IMG/VR virus record: IMGVR_UViG_3300045988_080627
Source of the DNA: a virus
Length of the DNA: 64,000 nt
Reading direction: 5' to 3' (one strand)
The notes under the pieces were generated by a model that searched no databases, was not told where the DNA came from, and worked only from the letters and a program-made list of their open reading frames with translations. Both the position numbers and the translations under genes were made by a program. Shown here in pieces: positions 55,041 to 64,000 of the stretch (the first letter of the stretch is position 1; the number at the start of each line of letters is the position of its first letter).

Positions 55041-58000
55041 AAGTGCAACTAATTGTCTGCTAGTTGCCAACAATATATATGAACTTTACAGAATTACTCT
55101 ACTATTTCAGTTTCAGATATATACCATTTACCATTAATTTTAACGGCTTCTATCTGTTTATTGTTTACTGTCTCAAGGAATATTACATCTTCCAAAGTTC
55201 TGTTGAGAGAAATAATATATTTATTAGCCTCTTCTTTAGAATTAACTATACGAGACTGAATGCTATTGTTAATAACACTATATATCTTTCTTAAAACTTT
55301 CATAATTATAGTTTTTATAAAGTTAATAATAAATAGAGCATTGTTTCACAACAACACTCTACTATAGTTTCAAACATTTATTGTAAAAAGTAAAAATTTG
55401 TTAATTTCAAATTTTATAGTTTAAATCATCATATTTTACAAATTTTAAACTTTAATACAATACAAAGACAATTTTATAGTATGTCTGCAATATCTACATA
55501 ATCATCTTCTGGATCTGGACAATCTTCAATATCACATGTTGTATCATTCTCATTATATTTTGAATGATAAGCAATGTAATTTAACTTATTAATAATATTG
55601 TTTACTTTAGCTAATCTATTATAAGTAGAATCTAAAGCCTGATTCAAAGCATTTGCAACAACTTTACACATAGTGTGCATAGCTTTATCTCTTACAATTC
55701 GATTAGCTACTACTTGGTCGTCCTTATCATTTTTACTTAAAGTAATTTTAGCAACGACTATAATAGTAGAATTATCAATAGTAAGTCCCCAAGAAGTTAA
55801 GTTTTTAATGAAAATCTTTCTCTCTTTAGAACTTGCAATTCTAAGAAATACAGAAGTATCTGCACTTGAAACTTCCACATTAGCTCCTTCTAAATAGTCC
55901 ATTATGTACTCTAAATCACAAGACATAGTACAAAATGTATTGTTACCAACTCTCTCAATGTTGTATTTTACTTTCTTAATTGTCTGCATTTTCTTTCGTT
56001 TTAAATTCTTTGAACAATTTAATGATACCTTTTAAAGCATATTCTGGAACATCGCCACAAAGACATCCACCATTTACATACAGCTTAACATTACCATATG
56101 TAAATTTAGTAATCTCAAGATTTCCTTCAGCACCATTAGATTCATTCTCTAACCATATTGGAAAATCTTTCCATTCATCTACAGTTAATGATTCATCAAT
56201 AACTGAATGTTCTTCAATAGTTGGTTTTAAAGCTTTAAAATGCTTTAATACTAGAGCTTTATGTTTCTCATCTGCAAACTCTAGCTTCTTTGGTTTCTTA
56301 CTAAGGAAGAAATAATCTTCTTTAATCTTAGCTACAACATTTTTTTGTTTGATATTAAATAATAATTCCATAATTTTAAAATTAATAGTTATATTTATTT
56401 AGTTCAAGATTAACTTCAGAAATTAATCTAGATTTATATGTAGCTAATGCTGTTTTATAAGTTTCAGAATCAGCTTCATAATGATCTTCGATATATTCTA
56501 AAGTTCCTTCTTTGAATATTACAGTTTTAGATGATAATTTATCTAATAGAAATATTATTCCATTAGATGTTAAAGATTTACCTACAGTAAATCCTTTACT
56601 ATACATATTAATATGTATATACAAACAATCATAGAGACTTAAAGCATTGTTTATATTACTTTTTATGTCTCTTAGTTGGTCGAGTTTTACTTGTTTTACT
56701 ATTCTATTATGACCAGTAATAGTCCAAATCACGCATAGAATAAAACAAAGTATAATAATTATTAATAAACTTTTATCCATATATTCTTGGTTCTGTATTA
56801 ATATTTTTAGAACTAATATATTGATAAAGCCATTTAACATTATTTACAATAAAAATATTACCTTTTATATCTGTAAATAATATTTTCTTGTACTTATCCA
56901 TAATTAGCCCTGATAACACTAGTAAAGGGTTTCTAATATATACTGCAAACGTTCCTCCTTTCATGCTTTCTCCAGAAATAGTTCTTAATTTATTATTAAG
57001 ATATTGATATTTCTTGTTAAAAGCATTAGCATAGTTAGAATGCATAGTTTTAGAAACATGATATTTTGCATCAATCTGTGCTGATAGCATTATTACTAAT
57101 TCTCCCAGTGTATTATGATTCATTGTTACCATTGATAGATTCCTCCTAAAGATAATTGTGCTTGTAATGTTTCTAAGTCACTTTTAATTGGAAGTTCTTT
57201 ACCGTAGGTAGTTTTATACTCTCGGCAAACTTGTGCAATAGTTTTCTTTTTAGAAAAGACTAATGCTGTAATCTTAATAATGTCTTTTGTTTCCATTTTT
57301 TAAACTATTTAATTATTAATAATGTGCCATCACCTTTCTCATTTAAGAGTCTGCTACTTTGGATATGCAGGATGTAGGTTTACACTTAGAGTCCTATTTT
57401 CACAAACCGAACTCTAATTCTTGTCTTTGTAATCTATAGTGCCTATGGACATAATAGATTACTAAAGTAACTAGCCCTATCTATCACAGACCGAACTAGC
57501 AAAAATGATCTAAACTGTATATTGTTGATAACTATTCTATTTTAAAAATACATAAGTCTTGTCTTATGATTAACCAATTTACTTTCCAAGATGTCAACTA
57601 TTTATTTATACTCTATAGTACTAGAGTGCAGCATCATTCTTTTACTTAATACACTTCACTTTTTAAAGATTCATATCCTTCATATAATGGGAACTCTGAA
57701 TTAAGAGTAATCTTAATAAATACTTTATCATCAATAGTTACAAGTCCTACAGCTTTAATATTACGATTACTATTATTATAACTAGTACAAATAACTGTAT
57801 TAGGAGTAACATCTGTCACCCCTTTAAAACCCATATTATCAAGAATTTTACATATAGGTGTTAAGTAATAAATTTTACCTTCTTTGATAACACAAGAAGA
57901 AAATGGAATTACTTTATCACCTATATGATAAGTTTTAGCGTCATGGTCTATTGTGAGAGCCTTACCTGCAAGACTCTCACAACCTGATATAATTTTTTTA

Positions 58001-61000
58001 TTTAAAATCTCTGTATTCATCGATTACATCAATTAAATCCTGGAATGTATATTTTCCAATATCTGATTTATCTTCAACCCAGTAAAGAGCTTTAGCAATC
58101 TGTTTAAGTTCAAACTTAGTCAATTCGCCCAACTTGTACTGCTGGACTTTTTTAACTAGTCCTCGCATAGTCTCATAAGCATTAAAAGAGAATGTATGTT
58201 CTCCTCCAGATTTTCTAGTATATATAATGTATTTATCATCACAATACTTTATACTATCTGAATGCTTAACAAGATTACTAGCACAAGCTTTTATTCTATC
58301 TTCTAAAGCTTCTACTATAACATTAGTATAAGCCTCAAACACTTTCTCAGCAAACTCTTTGAAATCTCTTTTTGATGGAGTTTCAGAGAATGCTACTTTC
58401 TTAAAAGGAATAGATACAGAAATTGTATATTCCTTTTCATTCTGCATTATATTTATCATGAATTATAGTTTTTAAAATCTTTATACGTTACTTTACCCAT
58501 TATTATAATTAGAGCAATGAAAATAATATTTTGTAAGAGTATCATAGCTTATAATTATTTTGTTGGTATTCTGCTACTAATAACTTAGCATTATCTGCTA
58601 GTGCTATAATATTAGATTTTAATAATCTTTTATAAGCACACAAGATAATGTCATAACAAGTTTGTGTAGAATCATATGGTTCTTCTTTACAATCTTCCCA
58701 CTGTGCAATGGTTAGAGTATTAAGACCGTAGATTCCTCCAATATAAACCTCATCTATTGTCATGGAATTTATATCGTCAGTTCTAAACATTCCATATCTA
58801 TCTGGACCAAGATTAGCATTACGAAAACCTTTACGCCAAATACGTTTATGGAGTATCATACACTCAGCCAGAGTATTGGCATTACCAATTTTAGTAAGCC
58901 AACACTCATAACTATTAACAAGACCTTGTTGAAGCTTGTAGTCTGCAACATTCTTGTTTAATTCCCTTTTATTGAAAATTCTATTCCAAATGTTGTATTT
59001 TTTCATTTTATTTAAATCATTAAATTATTTGCAAGTTTAAATATCGCAGTATCAATAGAGATATAGTTCATTTTACGCTGAGTAAATTTCTCATTAATTA
59101 TAAGATTCATCAACTTAGCTAATTCTACTGAATATGGAATATTAGTAGCTTTTACTAAGAGTTGAACTGCATAATTATGAGATTTACGATTGGCTATAGC
59201 CATATTATGTGTTTTAATGACTAATCTACGCCAATATAGATGTTCCTTAGTTTTTATCTCTCGCAGATACAACTGATGTACCTGCAAGAGACTTGATTTA
59301 CCTGTTAACATATATGGAATTATTAGTTTGATTGCGTAAGTCAGAATTTTCTGATTGAAGAGTAGCTATTGTAAATAACAATGCTACAACTACTATCCCT
59401 AAAAGAATAGTAGAGATTACAAAGATATTCTTTTCCATTCTGTAAAGTGTATAATTGGGATAGAGCTGATAACCTACTACCTTAATTAGTATTTTATTGC
59501 ATAATACTACTAGTTGCCACATCGGGTGGTACTGCAACCATATTTATTTACAACTCTATCCCTTATTGTTATTTAAATTGTTAACTAATAAAAGTAAGCA
59601 GCCCTCTAGCTATTAAGCTGAAGGGATACACTTGCTTAGGTTTTACTTACACTTTACTACATATTGAGCAGGAAGTGATACATCTACTGCTACATCACCA
59701 ATAGTTGTATAACCGACTTATCTGTCATTAAAGCACGAAGAGCAGGTTCTTTATCATTCAAAATTTCCGAAGCATTAAATCTTATTACTTCTAATGATAC
59801 TGCTGGAATCAAAGTGTCAATAATGAAATTCAAAGTAGTATTTTTTACGAATACCCTCTGATAAGAAAAACTTAATGAGAGTTTTTATCTGTTCAAGTTC
59901 ATAGTTAAGTGTCTCAAAATTATCAGTAGGCTTCATAAATAATGAGGCACTTTACTACCTGATCATGTACTACTTGTTCATATATTATGGAATCTTTAGC
60001 CTTGTCAGCAATATCCGCATAAGTGTTAAATACACCCTCTAACCACAGCCCAAACTCACTAATAAGTTCAGGAGTACCTGTAAATGTACAATACTTACTG
60101 TCAAACTCTGCCAAATCAATTGGCTGTTTTGTTGTTGTATCAATAATTTGGAATATCATAATTTACTTTATTAAAGAGTTATTATTTTAGTTAATTAAGT
60201 AGTTTATACACTTGCTTAGGTGTTTGATATTTATCTATGAATATCAGCACCTCTAGAAGCTTCAAATACCTCCCAATTAAAATCAGACTCTATATGTTGT
60301 AGAGTAGTATTATATGGTTCTAGGTATTTATAGAACATGATAGTACCAGTACTTGTTATAGGTTGTCTATATAACCTATAAGTACGGTCTTGATGTTTTG
60401 TTGCTTCTCTTCGTCCCCACTCAATTAATTGATGAGGATTGAGTCCTATCTTACACATTGTCATGTCATCACCAACAATTGTGTACACTACAATATAAAA
60501 ATACTGCATAACTTTATACGATTTACCTTAAATACTATCGCGAGGTTTTTAAATGAATATTAAGCACTTTAGTTTTAAGACCTATAAACCACGTTGAGGT
60601 ATGCTTTATGATATAAGATTTCGTCTAAAGTAAACTTTAGACAGGGATTTCAACCTTTGGGTAAAAACCTTTTGTTTTTGTTTGTGTTTGTTATTTTTAG
60701 TGAAACATCTTACAAAGAATAAAAATATTATTGTGTAATATCTTTATAAATTGTTTGATGTGATAGGATGATTTGGATGTAATATATGAATTGGTTTTAG
60801 TGAGAGAGATTGGGAAATTGAGGAAAGGTTTGGTTGGTGGATGGGGGGTTCGTGTGCACACAAACTCATACCAATCCATACAAACAACTCACCTTCCTTA
60901 TCCATTCCCAACTTATCCCCCACCAACTCCAACTATCTCTCCAAACAGCATACTTGACCACGATAACTTTGTTATCCTCAATCAACAACATAAAAATTCC

Positions 61001-61134
61001 AACAATTTGTGTTGGAAGTTGAACATTGTAGAACTCCAAAGTTTCTAAGTCAACTAACTTATTTTTTCCATAAACTCCCTTGATAGTCTTGAACATTACA
61101 AAAAAATACAAAGAAATTTATAAAAAAAAACTAA

Positions 61135-61157
61135 GGGAGAGAGATTACTCTCTCCCC
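61135..61157. terminator. bidirectional rho-independent terminator
   Basis: Hairpin gggagagag-att(a)-ctctctccc flanked by A9 upstream and ttttgg downstream. Confidence 0.55.
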
Positions 61158-61163
61158 TTTTGG

Positions 61164-61685
61164 TTAGCTTAAGCGGATATTAGAGAAACGCTTAGCGTTT
61201 CCATAATTTGCCAAAGTTTCAATATCCACAGTAATAGTGGATACGTCTTTATTTTCAAGATAAGACGCGCAAGCCTTTAAGTCATTACAACCCGGGCACG
61301 CTTGTGCCAAAATACGAGTCACATTTACAACTCGCTTTCCATCAAGTCCGTCGATGGTGATATCTGACGCTGACAATACAGTCACCGTTTGAGCTGGCTG
61401 ACCAGTCATCATGTTGGCTGGTATAGTACGTTCCTCTGCATTAAACTGAACATTGTCACCGAGTGACAATACGATGTTAGCACTCTTGTTGAGAACTGCC
61501 TCAATCTGAGAGGCAGACATTGCACTGTGGTTAACAGTGCCGTTTTTACCGACTGAAATTTTCATAACTTTTTGTTTTTTAAAATTGTTAATAATTTTTG
61601 TTTTGGTTTTTACTCCAAATATGTGGGGGGCTCTAAGGGGCAGTCTACTCCCTCTCACATAATAAAAATTAATTTTTAAAATCAA
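61164..61685 (-). CDS. hypothetical protein, GC3-rich (likely highly expressed); probable true start MKISVGKNG
   Basis: Codon usage differs from neighbouring genes. Followed by a strong terminator. Confidence 0.3.
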   Translation of the reverse strand: MILKINFYYVRGSRLPLRAPHIFGVKTKTKIINNFKKQKVMKISVGKNGTVNHSAMSASQIEAVLNKSANIVLSLGDNVQFNAEERTIPANMMTGQPAQTVTVLSASDITIDGLDGKRVVNVTRILAQACPGCNDLKACASYLENKDVSTITVDIETLANYGNAKRFSNIRLS

Positions 61686-62390
61686 ACACTATTCTTACTT
61701 TCTTACAAAAATCCTTATTTTTTTTAAACCCCAGGGGGCTATATAAAATCTTCCATAAAAAATTTTAAAATTTTAATTTAAAAATCTTAGAATATTAACT
61801 TTTACAAAAATTAACTTTTAATATTCCTTACCTCAACTATATTACTCGTGTAATCAAAAAATAAATATTAAATGAATAAAGAACAACTAATACAAAGTAT
61901 TAAAGACCTTCCTGATTAGTATAATATAAATTTATAGGTTATTGATAATGTAATTCATATAACCATGACTAAAAAGGTAGATGAATTTGAAGAATATTGT
62001 AGTAAATTAGATGATGAAACATTTAATAATGCTTGTCTAATATTTGGAATTATTTCAGATATATCTTTAGAAGATTTTTCTTCTAATTTATATAAACCTG
62101 AATATAAAAAATATAAACAAGAATTTAAACGTATAGTAGAATTTTTAAATGATAGAAACATTACGAAAAATTAATAATATAGTTCCTAATCTTACAATAT
62201 CGCAATTATTAGAAATTATAAATATTATTAATGAACCTAATTTAATTATAGATAATATAGGAAAAGAAGTACCTTATAATGGACGTATGACAATAGATGC
62301 CGATGATATTAGAAGTAATATTACTAATATAGGTACTTATCGATAAAGATATTATTCTCCTATGGTGTAATGGTTAGCACAGAAGACTCT

Positions 62391-63393
62391 TAAAAATTTT
62401 AAAGTATGGAAAATAAAATTTATAAACTTACGGATAAAGAGTTTTCAGACTTAGTTAAGTCAAGTCTGAATATCTCAGAAGTTTTATTTAAACTTGGATA
62501 TACTACTGTTGGAAACAGTTGGGGATATTCACAAGTTAAACAAAGAATGCAAGATTTAAATTTATCAGGTAAAGATTTTAGAGGCAAATCAGCTATAGCC
62601 GACTGTAATGAAAAGAAAGAAATAGATGCTTCTAAATTATTATGTGAAAATTCAAAACACGCACGTAATATATTAAGAAGTTATATATTAAGAAATAAAT
62701 TACTTCCTTATACATGTGCAATATGTGGAATTACAGAATGGCAGGGTAAAACTTTATCTCTAGAATTAGACCATATTAATGGTATAAATAATGATAATAG
62801 AATAGAAAATCTAAGATTTTTATGTCCTAATTGTCATAGTCAAACCACTACTTATGGTGCTAAAAATAAGCAAAAAGTAGAATCTAAATACGAGCTTTCT
62901 GATGAATTAAAGAATTTAATTATTAGTTCTTATATAGAATTAAAAAATCAAAAGAAAGTTGCTGATAAATATAATTTAAATCATAAAGCAGTAAAACAAG
63001 TTTTATCAGAAGCTGGATTAACTAAACAAAATCAAAAGTATGTTATACAATATGATTCTTCTCATAATGAAATAAGAAGATTTGGATGTATAGCGGAATG
63101 TTGTCAATGGTTAATGGATAATAATTTAGTAACTACTAAATTAATGAAAACTTGTAGAGCAACTCTAAATAGAAATATTGGTATTCTTTGGAAAAATTAT
63201 TACTTTGAAATATTGGATGCTTAAAGGATAATCCATAATCTTTAAGTAGAATCTCTTTTAATCGACTTGGAAGCGTATATACTTAGTATAAAGTGACAGG
63301 GCGCAAGTTTAAATACAGCGTGAACGACTAAATAAAGAGACTGGTCTTAGGACTGGATGTGATAGTCTAATCCTCTACAGAGGTGTTAAAATG
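62391..63393 (+). mobile_element. group I intron in tRNA anticodon loop, encoding an HNH endonuclease
   Basis: 3' core after the ORF: R-like gaacGACTAaa, P8-like hairpin, S-like gtgaTAGTCtaatcc, P9 hairpin cctct-acag-agagg, terminal ttaaaatG. A possible internal guide aaagagt (62436) is complementary to the exon end gactct. Confidence 0.55.
62406..63224 (+). CDS. intron-encoded HNH homing endonuclease
   Basis: CAICGITEWQGKTLSLELDHINGINNDNRIENLRFLCPNCHSQT is an HNH motif with flanking zinc-binding cysteines. Confidence 0.7.
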   Translation: MENKIYKLTDKEFSDLVKSSLNISEVLFKLGYTTVGNSWGYSQVKQRMQDLNLSGKDFRGKSAIADCNEKKEIDASKLLCENSKHARNILRSYILRNKLLPYTCAICGITEWQGKTLSLELDHINGINNDNRIENLRFLCPNCHSQTTTYGAKNKQKVESKYELSDELKNLIISSYIELKNQKKVADKYNLNHKAVKQVLSEAGLTKQNQKYVIQYDSSHNEIRRFGCIAECCQWLMDNNLVTTKLMKTCRATLNRNIGILWKNYYFEILDA

Positions 63394-63431
63394 AAATCTT
63401 TTAGTCAGGGTTCGAATCCTTGTGGGAGAAC

Positions 63432-63713
63432 ATGATAGCAGCAATTTATGAATTAAATGGTAAGATTTTAAAAACAACTAATCTTACTAAAAAATTAAAA
63501 CGATTAAAATCAGAACCTAAGATTCTATTTCAATTAGAAAATGGAACAGAAGCTGATTTAGACAAATGGATTAAAGACAACCAAAATATAAATTCTAATT
63601 CAGAAGAAGATGTTGAAATTAAAAAATATCATTATAGAAATCCAATTACAGGATATACAATAACTTCTATATATGATAATCTAGATGTTAATGGTTATAT
63701 AAAAATTGATTAA
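63432..63713 (+). CDS. hypothetical protein
   Basis: ORF MIAAIYELNGK... starts right after the tRNA 3' exon. The track gives an alternative TTG start at 63420 that overlaps the tRNA. Confidence 0.4.
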   Translation: MIAAIYELNGKILKTTNLTKKLKRLKSEPKILFQLENGTEADLDKWIKDNQNINSNSEEDVEIKKYHYRNPITGYTITSIYDNLDVNGYIKID

Positions 63714-63871
63714 TGACTAACAAAGAATTAAAAGACTTAAAGTCTAAAATGAACAAAGTACTTAATGAAGTACAGTAGATTATTGATACTATAGGAGATA
63801 ATGATTTACAAGATAATCAATTAACTCTTGATTTTTGTGATAAGTTAAATGAATTATCTGTTACTTATTAA
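63713..63871 (+). CDS. small hypothetical ORF with an in-frame TAG (63776..63778)
   Basis: MTNKELKDLKSKMNKVLNEVQ-TAG-IIDTIGDNDLQDNQLTLDFCDKLNELSVTY-TAA. The ATG overlaps the upstream stop (TAATGA). Confidence 0.3.
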
Positions 63872-63906
63872 TAAATATTTGGGGATGGATATTTATTAAT
63901 TTTTTC

Positions 63907-63944
63907 AAAAAAAAATAGCCGAGGCTTCTCATTTGAGAAACTTC
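63907..63944. terminator. hairpin terminator (A-run upstream; bidirectional candidate)
   Basis: aaaaaaaaa-tagccgaggcttctcatttgagaaacttcggcta, an imperfect 9-10 bp stem. Confidence 0.4.
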
Positions 63945-64000
63945 GGCTATTATGGTTTTATCTATATAACCAAGGTGTCCTTACTATTACTGGAGTTCCT

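Larger units (their letters stand above)
62356..63430 (+). tRNA. intron-split Gln-like amber-suppressor tRNA (anticodon CUA); exons 62356..62390 and 63394..63430
   Basis: 5' half tctccta-tg-gtg-taatggttag-cac-a-gaaga-ctct. 3' half aaa-tcttt-tagt-caggg-TTCGAAT-ccttg-tgggaga-a. Acceptor and anticodon stems pair with G-U wobbles. The 5' exon ends in U and the intron ends in G at 63393. The spliced loop ctCTAaa gives anticodon CUA. U1-A72 and D arm ATGGTGTAATGGTTAGCAC are Gln-like. Confidence 0.6.

Noticed and set aside
60697-61111. Five mutually overlapping short ORFs on both strands
   Set aside because: They fall in the strand-asymmetric G-rich/C-rich repeat. The translations are low complexity (poly-P/T/L), and several frames overlap, so they are most likely non-coding.
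1-64000. CRISPR arrays, integrases, transposases or attachment sites
   Set aside because: No short direct repeats with regular spacers, no tyrosine or serine recombinase motifs, and no IS-like inverted terminal repeats were seen. The mobile elements here are introns and homing endonucleases only.

Overview
This window is AT-rich (about 30% GC) phage-like DNA. Nearly all genes from position 1 to about 61.7 kb lie on the minus strand; a divergent region at about 61.7-61.95 kb precedes plus-strand genes at the right end. Recognisable early/middle functions are listed below.

- Transcription, at the left edge: a partial sigma-70-family factor.
- Nucleotide metabolism: dUTPase, the anaerobic ribonucleotide reductase NrdD with its activase NrdG, a thioredoxin-like protein, a 5'-deoxyribonucleotidase, PRPP synthetase and RNase H.
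- Replication and repair: DNA ligase, a Dda-like helicase, a DnaB-like helicase, primase, an SSB-like protein, a split SF2 helicase, a split AAA ATPase and several metallophosphoesterases.
- Other: an SPFH/flotillin-like protein with a strong terminator, and a multi-repeat zinc-ribbon protein with a Vsr-like (DUF559) nuclease domain.

Two tRNA arrays (about 36.9-37.5 kb and 50.4-55.05 kb) mix canonical tRNAs (Thr-UGU, Asp-GUC, Ile-UAU, Leu-UAA, Gln-UUG, Ser-GCU, Lys-UUU, Met-CAU) with many non-canonical tRNA-like genes.

The most notable signal is a set of three Gln-type tRNAs: a normal tRNA-Gln (UUG), an ochre-type copy (anticodon UUA), and an amber-suppressor copy (anticodon CUA) on the plus strand. 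The CUA copy is split in the anticodon loop by a group I intron that carries an HNH homing endonuclease. In-frame TAG codons sit at positions that paralogous repeats fill with Gln, and one in-frame TAA lies inside a conserved AAA domain. Together these suggest stop-codon suppression or recoding to Gln.

At least two further genes are interrupted by intervening sequences. nrdD carries a group I intron with recognisable R and S core elements and an HNH ORF, inserted exactly at the glycyl-radical codon. The AAA ATPase P-loop is split by an intervening sequence carrying a LAGLIDADG ORF. An SF2 helicase P-loop is interrupted by an element that shares a roughly 32-nt motif with the AAA intervening sequence.

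All folds, splice sites and coordinates were worked out by hand from the sequence and are approximate where noted.
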